Origin: Histomonas meleagridis 2922-C6/04-290x
Lineage: Eukaryota > Protista > Parabasalia
Direction of reading: 5' to 3'
DNA length: 64,000 nucleotides
Assembly (NCBI GenBank): GCA_020184695.1
Contig: JAANOX010000200.1
Location: forward strand, 1-64,000
Below the pieces are notes generated by a model. It did no database searches and had not been told where the DNA came from. It saw only the letters and a list, made by a program, of their open reading frames with translations. The number at the start of each line of letters is the position of its first letter. Position 1 is the first letter of the stretch. Positions 1 through 11,385 of the stretch are shown one piece after another. The position numbers were made by a program, and so were the translations under genes.

Positions 1-52
1 CCGGCGGGGCCCCTAGGGACCTCGTGATCATTCCCGACCGCATTATATACCT

Positions 53-150
53 ACCATATATGGATAATTCGATTCAAATTTTTTCAATATTTGTTGAACT
101 GAAAAATCAAGGTTTTCATCAGATAAGCCCATGATGAGTTTTGTAGTTCC
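53..150 (-). pseudogene. Possible short remnant of a DUF3447/ankyrin-family N-terminus
   Basis: Minus strand reads KLIMGLSDENLDFSVQQILKKFESNYPY, resembling FNLNKENFDLSIEKTMKLFDLNFPY of the 46080 gene; it stops shortly afterwards. Confidence 0.3.
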
Positions 151-677
151 ATAGTAATTCCAAGTAGGTGTATATATTTTCTTTTTCTGGGGAATCAAAA
201 GTGACAGCGAATCTTGTGCGTCACTTTTTTGAAAAAAAAATTTTTAGAATTTTGTAAGAGATTCGATCGTTTATATCACAATTTTTTATTGTTTTCAACT
301 CTGTGTATCATATGAAACTTATAACATAAGTTGTAAATAATTATGTCATAATGAGCTAACATATGTTTGTTATATTTGAGAGTCAGATTTCCTACTTATC
401 TTCTTACGTTATTTATTGAGAAGTCACAAGCTTGTTGCGCACAACTTATCCGACGGTTAATATTATATAATACTAAAAGTGGGAAATTTGAACTCGAAAC
501 CGATTGTTTGTATTTCCTATCTTCGGTTGTGATTTAATAGTTTACATCGCTTTTGAGCGAATTTGAACATGTTCAAACAGTAGTCAAAAAGTCGGAGTTT
601 TTCAATAGCTGATAATCGGTTTTTGTCCAACTGATGAATTTCAAAAAATATTTCATAAATGGTTCAACTTTTGTTTA

Positions 678-1739
678 TTAGAACTTCCTTTCGTGCTCAA
701 ACTTAAGTTTGATAGTTCCAAAGTTATCACCAACGAGTGCCTTGAGTTCCTTAGGTAATTTGCGAGGCTTCTCCAATTTGATTTCCTTTTCGGAAGAACC
801 TTCTTCAATTTGCTTCAAAGGAACTTGAGCTTCTGCAATTGGAACGTCCTTCAAAATCTTGTGATCTTGGTAAACGATGATTTGTAAGTATTGACCCTTC
901 TTGACCTTGTCGAATGCAAATTCATGCTCATAAACAGGATCTTGGGTATCATGGATTGTCTTTGTCTTGATGATTTCGCTCTTTGGATTCATTGATTTGC
1001 TGAAGAGTTGAATTGTAACATAAGTATCACTTCCATCAGAGTCAGACTTGATAAGGCCGTTGCACTGAAGAATAACACCCTTGAGCTTTTCTTCCTTTGG
1101 CTTTGGTTTGTAAACTTTCTTCTTAACAACCTTAATCTCATACTTTTCTTCACCTGTTGAGATATCTGATAGTGTTACGGAGCAACGTGAGTATCCAGTG
1201 AAGCTTGTAGAATAGCTTGAGCTATAACTACCAAGTGTAATTGGTATAACATCGCTGCTACTACTGCTACTGCTACTACTACTGCTTTTATCTTTTCCTG
1301 ATTTGCTAGATGTTTCAACTTTAACTGATGCGCCGAATGGAGTATCCTTAGCATCTGCAAGATGAAGAACAAGTGTTATTTCACCCTCTTTAGAATCACC
1401 AAGCTTGTAATTCTTCTCGAGGATTTGGCCAACAGTAAGCTCAGAAAGCTTGATGCTAACTTTACCGAGTTTATCGCTTGAAAATACATCTTTATCTAAA
1501 ACTTGAAGTTGAAGAACTTGGTCAACTTGAACAGGAACAAAACGGAACTCTTGGTTCCAGATTGGGCAAGTTGTGTTTTTGATGATCTTTGTCTTCTTTT
1601 TATCCTTGCCAAGAGTTAATAGAACGAATGGGTCGCTCTTATCAATGAGTCCTGACTTTAAGTCCTTCGCAGAAACAACACGAACGTTGAGAGCGAGTCC
1701 AGAATCTTTCTTACCCTTTCCTGATAGCTTTGAAAGCAT
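678..1739 (-). CDS. Tandem C2-domain protein with Ser-rich linker
   Basis: Two C2-like segments (KSDPFVLLTL...CPIWNQEF...VLDKD; GSDTYVTIQL...DPVYEHEF...VYQDH) joined by poly-Ser. Confidence 0.85.
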   Translation of the reverse strand: MLSKLSGKGKKDSGLALNVRVVSAKDLKSGLIDKSDPFVLLTLGKDKKKTKIIKNTTCPIWNQEFRFVPVQVDQVLQLQVLDKDVFSSDKLGKVSIKLSELTVGQILEKNYKLGDSKEGEITLVLHLADAKDTPFGASVKVETSSKSGKDKSSSSSSSSSSSDVIPITLGSYSSSYSTSFTGYSRCSVTLSDISTGEEKYEIKVVKKKVYKPKPKEEKLKGVILQCNGLIKSDSDGSDTYVTIQLFSKSMNPKSEIIKTKTIHDTQDPVYEHEFAFDKVKKGQYLQIIVYQDHKILKDVPIAEAQVPLKQIEEGSSEKEIKLEKPRKLPKELKALVGDNFGTIKLKFEHERKF

Positions 1740-2129
1740 AGATGTTTTGTGTCAGATCACGCTTCACTTTTTTTGAACTAAAATACCAATTCAAAATTGA
1801 GGTAAAAAATTACTTTTTCAGACGTATCGAGGCTACTTTTTTCGCTGTCAAATTACCAATGTATTGAAAAAGCAATCACTTTTTATAAAAATGAAAGAAA
1901 CCGTGCTTTACCATACAAAATGTTCCAGCGTTGGAACGCCCTGTAACACTTTTTACCTCATCATTCATTGTTCATTTTTCGTGAAAATGGTGTTTACGAT
2001 ATTTTTTTGGATTCATGATGCAAATTCATTTAAAACATATGTTGTAATCTTTATTTTGATGAAAAGTATTTTAACGGTCTCTGAATGAATGTCACTTTTA
2101 AATTTAGATGAAATATAAAATGAATTTGT

Positions 2130-3167
2130 TTAGGTGAAAACTGGTGCTAGCGAGTTCGCTGGTGGAGTGAGGATCTCGTTTACAATAGAGTCGTTTACTG
2201 GCTCTTTTGTTGGCAAGAAATTTGAAATGATCCATTGTGGGAGGATGATGCGCTCTTTTGGATTCTTTTCTTCGTTGAATTTTAATCTTACGATTTTTAC
2301 TTCGCATTCATTATCTATAATTGCTACAGATGAATCATTTTCAAGACCGCAATAATTTGATGCAGAAAACACAGTAAGGCAATTCTGTTTTTCAAAACTG
2401 TATAAGAATCCGTTGTCTTGACACTCATGAGCTCGTATAATTAAACTTAAATTATTATCATCAAGAAATTGATCGAGAGCCATTTGGCCGAAAAAATGCC
2501 CTAAACCACGATCACTCTTCTTGAAGTAGTCGATACTTTCAAGAGGATCGCTCCAAAGGAGATCAACAAATAAATCATCACAAAATAAAGTTAAAGGTCT
2601 TTCTAAAGCATCAATGTCTGTGACCTTGTGAAGTAATTTCGAAATACCACCATGGACACAGAAGATTTTATCATTGAGTATTGCCGATATCGGCATATAT
2701 GAAAAGCTGTCAAGAAAATCATAATACAATTTTGAAGTTAAGTACGAAATACAGTCACTATAGAATCCAAAGCTTTTTGTTGTTTGCGAGGATTCATGGT
2801 TCCCTCTTAATAAATGAATGTTATCAGGGAAAAGAAGTTTTAACGCATAAAGTAGAAGCAAAACCTCAATGGAGTTACTTCCTCTATCTACGTAGTCACC
2901 TAAAAATAGGTATGAAGTCTGTGGAGGAAAATCGAATTTATGAAATATTCTAACAAGGCTTCCTATATCGCCATGAATGTCGCCTACAACAACAAGCTGT
3001 CCGTAAAGGGATTTCCTTATAGGCTCTTGGCGAAACAAGGAAGTAATAGAATCTACAATATGTTTGATCTTTGGGTGTTGCAAAACATAGGAGCAATGAC
3101 ATTCGTTCCTTGAATAGCTCATAAGAATTTGGAACACAATATCTTTGAGCTCGTTATCTTGCATCAC
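2130..3167 (-). CDS. Ser/Thr protein phosphatase (PPP family, PP1-like)
   Basis: Motifs GDIHG, GDYVDRG, LRGNHE, HGG, LLWSDP, RAHE, FSASNY. Confidence 0.95.
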   Translation of the reverse strand: MMQDNELKDIVFQILMSYSRNECHCSYVLQHPKIKHIVDSITSLFRQEPIRKSLYGQLVVVGDIHGDIGSLVRIFHKFDFPPQTSYLFLGDYVDRGSNSIEVLLLLYALKLLFPDNIHLLRGNHESSQTTKSFGFYSDCISYLTSKLYYDFLDSFSYMPISAILNDKIFCVHGGISKLLHKVTDIDALERPLTLFCDDLFVDLLWSDPLESIDYFKKSDRGLGHFFGQMALDQFLDDNNLSLIIRAHECQDNGFLYSFEKQNCLTVFSASNYCGLENDSSVAIIDNECEVKIVRLKFNEEKNPKERIILPQWIISNFLPTKEPVNDSIVNEILTPPANSLAPVFT

Positions 3168-3498
3168 CAGATCAAACTGATTTCCAACCGCAGATAAACC
3201 GCATTAAAAATTTTTACATTTGCAACGTTTTTTTTATGTGGTTTATATATCTTTTGAGAGACTAAGATTGTGGTGACTATTGAAATATTAATGTTGAGTC
3301 ACTTCACAAGATTTTGGTTCTGTCCCTTTTTATATTCTTCCTTAAAGCTTAATTTATTTTAAAGTGCAATCAAATAAATAAATGCTGATCAGAAAAAAAA
3401 AATTATTTTTAAAACGATTATAATATTTGAATCTTGTCTTTTTCTTTTATTTTCAAAAAAAAAAAAATATATATATATATACATATATAAAATGTTAT

Positions 3499-4686
3499 TT
3501 ATATATTTTGATGAATAGGATTATATGTTTGGCATGCAATTCTTTTCGTATTTGGTTCGATTAACATTATGATTTTATGGAGTGGAGGCTTTTTTTCTTT
3601 AATTTCTCCTGAATATGTCTTTCTAAACAAGAAAAACTTCTGTTGCAATACAGAATTCATAAGCAATCCAAACTCAAGTGTGAAAACTGAAATTCCTTCT
3701 CGGAGTTCAATTCCCGAACAAAAAGAAGATATAAAAACTGTTAATAATAATATAATGAATGAGTTTGAAACATATTCTCTAGAAATTTTTATTTTAGCAC
3801 AAACAATTGGTACGTGTTTCATTCGGTGTCGGAGATAATGTGAAATAATTAAGTTAATAATAACTTTTTTTGCGTATAATATGATGCTTAAACACAAAGA
3901 AATCAATGCAAATAATGCTGTATAAAATGAATTAACTTTATATGTGAAAGCTATAGAAAAACCAAATATAAATGATGATATAAATGTTTCCAATTTTTCT
4001 CTTAAGAATAATCTTGTCCTAAAAATGCAGATTCCAGAAGATACAAGTAAATTTGCCATAAGAAGCAGTGAATAATAAATTGTTTCTGATGAAAATGCCA
4101 AAATATTGATCCAATAATTGATTTTATTATGTTTATCTAATTGGATCCATATTATTCTGAAGAAATATAATGAAAATGCTTTTAAAATTGTTAAAAATGC
4201 AAAAAATGTATGTAATATAATTCTAAAATCACTATTGATGTAACCATTTATAATCCATATTACCCACAAAATAAAATAACTTATAGAGAAAATTAAATAT
4301 AAAGAAGGCATGAATTTATCTCTTTCATCTAAAAAAGAATCTCCATTCCTAAAATTAATTATTATTTTCATTCTTCTATGAATAATTTCTTTATTGTGGA
4401 TTAAAAGAGTATAAATGCCTTCATATAATATTGTTTCATTCCAAAAAAAACTTAAATTTGCTTGAGGATCATATTGATAGACATTACTTGAAACATAACC
4501 TTCATTGACCCCTTGAATCAAATAAAATTTTATATTTAAAGGTATTATTAATTTGGAATATAAAGAAAAAGATGCATTTTTTTTAAAACCAAAAGATGAT
4601 ATTACAATTGTTTTGCCAAATAAATTAATATCAAATTCTTGTGAATGAGAGATAACGCATGGATGAAATAAAAAATATTGGATCAT
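3499..4686 (-). CDS. Seven-transmembrane protein, GPR107/108 (lung 7TM/GOST)-like
   Basis: Lumenal N-terminal region followed by about 7 hydrophobic helices; family assignment by overall architecture only. Confidence 0.5.
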   Translation of the reverse strand: MIQYFLFHPCVISHSQEFDINLFGKTIVISSFGFKKNASFSLYSKLIIPLNIKFYLIQGVNEGYVSSNVYQYDPQANLSFFWNETILYEGIYTLLIHNKEIIHRRMKIIINFRNGDSFLDERDKFMPSLYLIFSISYFILWVIWIINGYINSDFRIILHTFFAFLTILKAFSLYFFRIIWIQLDKHNKINYWINILAFSSETIYYSLLLMANLLVSSGICIFRTRLFLREKLETFISSFIFGFSIAFTYKVNSFYTALFALISLCLSIILYAKKVIINLIISHYLRHRMKHVPIVCAKIKISREYVSNSFIILLLTVFISSFCSGIELREGISVFTLEFGLLMNSVLQQKFFLFRKTYSGEIKEKKPPLHKIIMLIEPNTKRIACQTYNPIHQNI

Positions 4687-5153
4687 TTTTTTTCAGAAAA
4701 AAATTTTATTAAATAAAAAACTATATAATTTTTCGCAAAAATAGAGCCTTAATAAATTTTGGTTCTTAAAAATATTGGTTAAGGACTCTGAAAAAAGAAA
4801 AATATTCTAACTTTTCCAATAAATGAAATGTGCTTAGTAGCAAAAAAATTAGGAAAATTTATAAAATATTAAACAATTTACTTTGTTTATTCTGAAAAAT
4901 ACTGAGCAATTCTGCACGTAATCAGGTATGTATGCTCATGAGAAATAATGACCAAAAAAAATATTGTCATTAGAGTGAATAAAAAGTATCAATGACCATG
5001 TATAAAAAGGATTCGATATTTTTTTTCTAAAATATTTATTATAAAATTTTTAAATAAATCCTTTTTTATACTATAAATAAAAATGTTACTAATCAAAGTA
5101 AATTAAAAAGTTTCTATTCATCAATTGTTAGAAGAATATCACAGATAAACCGC

Positions 5154-6269
5154 ATGAACAAGTCATCACGTTTTATTCAAAGGTTTATTACTTTTCAATT
5201 CAGAAAGCGAAAACAAAGTGGTTTACAAAAAAGTGATTTTTCAAACTTCCATATGGAAAGTGGCGAAACAAGTGGAACAATTCCTCCACAACTCTATTCT
5301 TTATATGACTATGAGATGAAACAAGATGATGAAAACATTGTTATAGAAATTAAAATTCCTGCAAACGTAAATTCTTCTGAAATAAAAATTTCTATTGATG
5401 ACGGAATTATATCAGTTCATTACCAAGAACATCCCCCACTAATTGAAGGAAAGCTTAGTAATGAAATTGAATCAATTGAAAGTGTAACAAATCAAGATCA
5501 AATTCTCAAAGTCAACCTAAAGAAAAAAAACACGGATTTTTGGCATACCCTTGTTCAGTGTCGAAATCCCCTTAACAACAACATTGATGCGAAGTCTTCA
5601 TTTACATTGTATGTTTTATATGATAGTTTCGGAACAACATTTATTGACAAAGATACAGCGCTTGTGTACCTTAATTATTCGTCAGCACTTGGTTACGTTC
5701 CAGCTCTTCGAACACTTTCAGGAATCATGTTTGAAGAGGGGCACCCCGATGATGGAATTTCACTCCTAAAAGTGGCAGGCGAAAAGTATCGAGATCCTTT
5801 ATCATTGTATGACATTGGTTTAATTTATGTTCATGATAGTAAAACTCGTGCCCAAGGTTATGGATATCTAACACGTTCATCTGAACTAGGATATAGACCT
5901 GCTCATACAGTCCTCGGACAACTTTATTCACCACTTTCTAAATTTGAGTTTCAGAATAAAAGTCCTTTTGAAGCACTAAGACATTTTGATATGGCAATTT
6001 CGGGGAAAAATGATGATCCGATTGCATTACATGAAATGGCAAAATTAATATATAACGGAGTTGGTACAGATAAATCAGAAAAATACGCGAAGTGGCTGCA
6101 GAGCATCGCAGAGAAGATTGACCCAAGTATTGAGCCTCTTGAAGAGAAGGAAAACGTACCGGAAAATGAAGAAAAGAATAGTAAGGCATTGATTATTGGT
6201 ATAACTGTTGCAGCATTAACATTGTTTGGCGTTGCAGTGTTTAAGTTTTCAAATCGAAGGAAAAAGTAA
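5154..6269 (+). CDS. CS/HSP20-like domain + Sel1-like repeats + C-terminal TM anchor
   Basis: N-terminal YEMKQDDENIVIEIKIP...LKVNLKK (CS-like), helical SLR-like repeats (LGYVPAL, LGYRPAH, ALHEMAKL) and a hydrophobic tail followed by RRKK. Confidence 0.65.
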   Translation: MNKSSRFIQRFITFQFRKRKQSGLQKSDFSNFHMESGETSGTIPPQLYSLYDYEMKQDDENIVIEIKIPANVNSSEIKISIDDGIISVHYQEHPPLIEGKLSNEIESIESVTNQDQILKVNLKKKNTDFWHTLVQCRNPLNNNIDAKSSFTLYVLYDSFGTTFIDKDTALVYLNYSSALGYVPALRTLSGIMFEEGHPDDGISLLKVAGEKYRDPLSLYDIGLIYVHDSKTRAQGYGYLTRSSELGYRPAHTVLGQLYSPLSKFEFQNKSPFEALRHFDMAISGKNDDPIALHEMAKLIYNGVGTDKSEKYAKWLQSIAEKIDPSIEPLEEKENVPENEEKNSKALIIGITVAALTLFGVAVFKFSNRRKK

Positions 6270-6937
6270 TTTATAAATCTTTGTATGAATATGTTATTTT
6301 ATGCATTAAAATGGAACTTAGCATTTATGATAACCTTTAACAGAAAATATCTTATGAACTGAAAGCCATTACTTAATAAAATGATGCATGAAAAATATAT
6401 TGCGAATTTTTCATCACTTGTATAGATAGCAATATTTTGACAATTAAATCTTAATCAAAATATGCTCATTTATTTTAACACAAAAATCATCTATAGATGT
6501 AGTGAGTAAAGACTGTATACCTTGATAAGAAATTCATTCATAGAAGCTTTTTTTAACCTACAAAAAAAAGCATATATATCCATCCCAAGTTTAATAAATG
6601 AAAATGAAATAATATCATTGTGTTTCACCCACAATGCCTTTTTGAAAAACTTATCGTTTTTAACAACATCCAATGTAATGAAATTGTCAAAGGATAAACC
6701 TTCTTCATTTTAGGTAGTAAATACCTTCTAGTGCAATGACCATTATTTATTTTTTTCAATTCTTCGTGGTTGTATGAAAGTAGACAGTTTTTCATCGTGT
6801 ATTTATAAGATAAATAAAAATAGAACTTTTGTTTTGAATGGTTTATTTTGTTGTAAGCAACGATCAAAAGAAATACAAAACATGCAGTTACAACTTTTTA
6901 ACGGTTGTCAATTTCTTGGCAAATAATCACTTAAAAA

Positions 6938-7491
6938 TGGAAGTTCTCGATGCGTTACAATCGCGAAGGAGCTATCGCAACTTCGACCCAAACTACGTAA
7001 TTCCGAAGGAAGAGGTTAAGAAGATAATTGACCTTGCACTTCAATCACCAACTGGTTGTAATCTTCAAGGAATTGATTTACTTGTTATTACAGATCGCAA
7101 AAAGATAGACGAGGCATCAAAGATCCTTTACGACTCATGGGACGAAGATTTTCAAAAGAAATTAGATACAAGAAAACAAGATGGTTGCACCAATGTAGTA
7201 ACATGCGATGCTTCATGCTTGATTATCATGGTTAGCAACGAGCGCGCACAAGAGCAATTCCAAAAGATTGATGCTGGAATTATGTGCATGTCAATCATGT
7301 CATCAGCTCGAGCATTCAATTTGGATAGTTTATGCCTTGGCTGCTTCTTAGCAGGTGATAAGAAGGGTGTTGAACAATATTTCGGCATTGGAGAAGGAAA
7401 ATTAACAATGGCAATTTGCATTGGAAAGTCTAAAGACAGGTCCAAAGTTCCTCCCAAGGATCAGCTTTGCAAGGCGACTTACATTGAGTAA
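6938..7491 (+). CDS. Nitroreductase family protein
   Basis: SRRSYRNF, ALQSPTGCNLQ, DAGIMCMSIM...LDSLCLG motifs; likely start is MEVLDAL at 6938 (ORF track starts at 6838). Confidence 0.9.
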
Positions 7492-7732
7492 ACCCCAAAA
7501 GATCTTAATTTTCAAAATCAAACATCACTGCAGATTCATAAGCTCTCATGCTTAATACATTTTTCATTATTGAGTCTACTGCTATATTCTTGACACAAAC
7601 AAAATAATATCTTTGTAATTTATCGTGGAAACGCATCAAAGAGTTCACACTTTGGAGTACGATTATATTCGATAGAATTTGATGTCAAAGATTTTTACAT
7701 CACAACATAAATTTATTTATTAATTTCGTCCT

Positions 7733-9229
7733 TCAATCTAACTCTGGTATATATATCACTGGCGTAGCCGGAGGCGGCGGGTCTCTTGATGTCCAAATGG
7801 CGTTTTTGATTTGCGTTTTGGAAGACATCAACATAATCTTCAGCACCTTCGCTCTCTTCACCACGTCCGGGTTCTTATCAGCCTCGCATCTCGACAAGAA
7901 CTTCGCTGCGTCGTCGCTCTTGTTACAGTCGGCCAATCTCACTGCCAACAGCGCTGCCTCATTTTTGACTTCTCTTCCAACATCGTTATAGTTCTTGTCG
8001 ATTCTCTTTAGCATTTCCTCGGATATCATAATGTTATCCTTACAAGAATCCGTGAACACAGAGACAACAGCTGCTTTTATCTTCGGCAGCTCGAGTAACT
8101 GTGCCAGAAATGACTTATCGACGATCTTAGCAGCATAGAACGCAGCGATTTCGGCGATTTCTTCATTCGCAGACTTTAACAACTCGATCAAACTTTCCTT
8201 ATGACCCAACTTACCAAGGAAATGTACCGCAAATTGATTGTTATAGAACAACGCCCACTTCTTTAGTATGTGCGCGCATTCTACGCCAATGTTACCGAGG
8301 ATTTGGACCGACATATGCGACGTCGCTTCGGACTTTTGTGGCGGCGAGAAATGCGCCATGTACGAAGTTAGAAGTTGAGGATGTTTCTTTGAGATCTTTT
8401 CGAGGATAACAAACGAATGAATCGAGATAACATTCGTTGAGTATATTAAGCGAATTAACGATGGAATGATTAACTCGGGTTCGCTATCTTCGAAGTATTT
8501 CGTGGCCTCAAAGACAACTGCGGGGTTCTGTGAGTGCAATAATATGGTGAGAATCGATTTGTACGCGAGTTGTTCAGTGCCTAACAAATTTCGTAATGAC
8601 CGACTTTGAGACCATGGATCTAGTGCTAATAAAATTGGCCATATTCGTTCGTTGTTGTCTTTGATGATGGAATTACTGCCTATGATCTCGCAGGCATAGA
8701 TCGCCCCCGAAATTACTAAAGGATCTCCGCTCTCAAGTGCATTGTGGATGCCTTTTTCGACTGAGGGTTTAAGGCTGGGCTTGTACGTGGCAAGCTTGGC
8801 AAAGCCGACAATGGCTGCTTTCTTGACATATGGAGAATCATCATTTAATGAATTTGATAAAAGCGAACTAATAATGTCTACAAGTTCGGGATTGTCAAAA
8901 CTTGATAAGGTTTTGACGGCGCGAATTCGACGACTTTCTTTAGGTGATGTGGATGCTTGAATAAGTGAATTGACTGCTTGGAGACGTGAACTTTTATCAT
9001 CATCAGGAAGTTGAACCATTAGCATCTGTGATAGGGTTTCAACTTCATCATTGTCATTGACAACATGTTGAGCAATTAATGGGACAAACTCTGTAAGAGA
9101 AAAACCACGTGAAAGTAATCCACATAATAGTTTAAGAGATGCATGGATTGAGAGGTCGTCCCGAGATTGAAGACATTCTTTAATATTAGAAAAGAATTGC
9201 TTTAATACTTCGTCGTTTTTGCTTGACAT
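7733..9229 (-). CDS. Beta-adaptin N-terminal (AP-3 beta-like) HEAT/ARM trunk
   Basis: IRAVKTLSS, DDSPYVKKAA, LDPWSQ, SQNPAVVFEA and DVVKRA match the adaptin N domain; likely start MSSKNDE at 9229. Confidence 0.75.
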   Translation of the reverse strand: MSSKNDEVLKQFFSNIKECLQSRDDLSIHASLKLLCGLLSRGFSLTEFVPLIAQHVVNDNDEVETLSQMLMVQLPDDDKSSRLQAVNSLIQASTSPKESRRIRAVKTLSSFDNPELVDIISSLLSNSLNDDSPYVKKAAIVGFAKLATYKPSLKPSVEKGIHNALESGDPLVISGAIYACEIIGSNSIIKDNNERIWPILLALDPWSQSRSLRNLLGTEQLAYKSILTILLHSQNPAVVFEATKYFEDSEPELIIPSLIRLIYSTNVISIHSFVILEKISKKHPQLLTSYMAHFSPPQKSEATSHMSVQILGNIGVECAHILKKWALFYNNQFAVHFLGKLGHKESLIELLKSANEEIAEIAAFYAAKIVDKSFLAQLLELPKIKAAVVSVFTDSCKDNIMISEEMLKRIDKNYNDVGREVKNEAALLAVRLADCNKSDDAAKFLSRCEADKNPDVVKRAKVLKIMLMSSKTQIKNAIWTSRDPPPPATPVIYIPELD

Positions 9230-10180
9230 CCCTGATTGATGACGGTTACATTGAAAATTCAGTGCCTCTGTCAAACTGAATTTGAGACCGTTAACATGAT
9301 CAAAAGATGTAATGATGTGAATGAAAATATATTTATGGATCACAGGAACAACTAACTTTGGGATTAAAAGTAAAAATTGTATGGCAGCTTCACGTTTTAC
9401 AGTCATTTCATTAATGTTTGTTGTTGGATTTAATTTGATTTGAATACTTTCTAAACAATGAAAAGTTTTATTAAAACAAACTTAAACGCGCTTAAATTTT
9501 TTTGTTAATCTAATATCATGCAAAAGATAAGATATTTTTATATTTTTGAAGTCGTTAAAATCAAAAAAAAAATCAACCTCCATTAGTTAATATAAATAAA
9601 TACAAGTCATCTAAGTAGTGTCGTTGTGATTTAGTATGCATAATAGGTTAGAACTAAATTAACACACAAAAAACACATTTATATTTTATGTTTTAAAGAT
9701 ATATCACTTTAATCAAATTAATTACTATTAAAAATGATTGAACATTAACTTATTCAACCGGATTTTATCAAAGAAAAGAAATCACATTTTGTTGCAAATT
9801 ATTATACAATTGAAGAAATTCATCCGTATAAATACACATACATGTAAATTACTACTTGAACAAAAAGAAATTAATTTTAAAGAAATTAATATTTTTTCAC
9901 TTGTTTTAAAATAGTGTATACTCGCCTTAAATTTAAATTCTTTTTTTGGAACTTACGCAAACTATTTCATATAGCTCTTACACATGCAATTTCTAGACAT
10001 TCTAAAATTGTTGAATCATTTCGATTCTATGATTTCATAATAAAACTGATTAAAAACGTTTATTTTATACATCGGTTAAAAGTGACCTCCACAGTAATGT
10101 AAATCTCAGATTGAATTTTTTCTAAAAATTATAAAAATTGAACTTTTTGATATAGCTTATCAAAAAGTGGCAACTTTTTG

Positions 10181-10894
10181 ATGTCCAATCTACCACCACC
10201 GATTGAAGAATCACAACAAGCATATGATCAATGTCCACAATTAATGATGAACCCACAAATAAACCCGAAATTCCAAATTATTCCAAGAATTCTTACAACA
10301 AAAACCAAGAGAAAACAAAAACAATCAATATCAGTTCCAAAGGCAAAAATTCTTCCACCTGCCCTTGATGGTGATTTTCCCGAATCAAATGAAAATTACA
10401 CAAAAACTCTTCAAGATTCATCAATTATAATCTCTCCGACTGAAATGGGATTTGTTCCTTCTGGATTTTGGAATTCAAACACAGAAACATTTGGTAATCT
10501 CGTTAACAACTACTTTCATAAGAAAAATAATTCAAATTGTAGATTTCCACATAAATTATATAATGCGCTAACATTGGTTGATAAGAAGCCGGAGCTTTGG
10601 CCTTTTGTTGGTGTGAAGTGGATTAATGATACTGTATTCAAAGTTGATAAGTACATTTTTGGAAGACTTCTTGGAATTACAGCAGTTGATGGTGGATTGT
10701 TCCACAGTCAGGGCAACTTTCCTTCACATGGGTTCCAAGAGATCTCGAGTAAAACAGTTGGCGATTGGAAAGATATCCAACATAATGATATTGATTTTGA
10801 TCGTGTTCGTTTAATGACACACAAAGCGGGTTTCAAGAGATGTGCTGATGAAAATGTCATTACCCAATTGAAATGGAACAATGAGCAGAAGTAA
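10181..10894 (+). CDS. Initiator-binding-domain (IBD/IBP39-like winged helix) protein
   Basis: NCRFPHKLYNALTL...VGVKWINDTVFKVDK resembles the trichomonad IBP39 IBD (RFPHKL...GLSWISDTEFK). Confidence 0.65.
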   Translation: MSNLPPPIEESQQAYDQCPQLMMNPQINPKFQIIPRILTTKTKRKQKQSISVPKAKILPPALDGDFPESNENYTKTLQDSSIIISPTEMGFVPSGFWNSNTETFGNLVNNYFHKKNNSNCRFPHKLYNALTLVDKKPELWPFVGVKWINDTVFKVDKYIFGRLLGITAVDGGLFHSQGNFPSHGFQEISSKTVGDWKDIQHNDIDFDRVRLMTHKAGFKRCADENVITQLKWNNEQK

Positions 10895-11385
10895 TTCCGA
10901 GTTGTTCTTTGGCCTCACTCTGTCTTATTAAAAAATTAAATCAAAAGTTAATCGTTCTTTTCTGAAATTTGATATGTTTACATTCTCTCTCAATTTTTGG
11001 TAGAGAAGAAAGTTGTTTTTCATTAAGAATATTTGGTAATGTGTTTAATCATGCGTAAAAATCTATTTGAGGTATCAAGCTAAACATTATAACCATTACA
11101 TTTTCAAGCAGTATATTTTTACAATTGACATGTAATCCTTCAAAACTAATTAGAATGGTTAATATTCATGCTGTTTGCATCGAATAATAAATATTGGTCG
11201 AAAAAAATTCTGAATTAGTCAAATATAAAATGAAATTGCTTTTGTTTGAACCTGACCTGCTAAATCTACGTCATTCAAAATTGAATTGATTAAAAATAGC
11301 CTCATTTGAACTAAACGGGCTCCTCAGAAATTTTTCATTGTGTGCAAAGTGAAGTAAAATCAAAAAATTTAAAGAGTGAGAAAGG

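Noticed and set aside
1255-1290. (CTA/CTG)n microsatellite
   Set aside because: It simply encodes the poly-Ser linker of the C2 protein.
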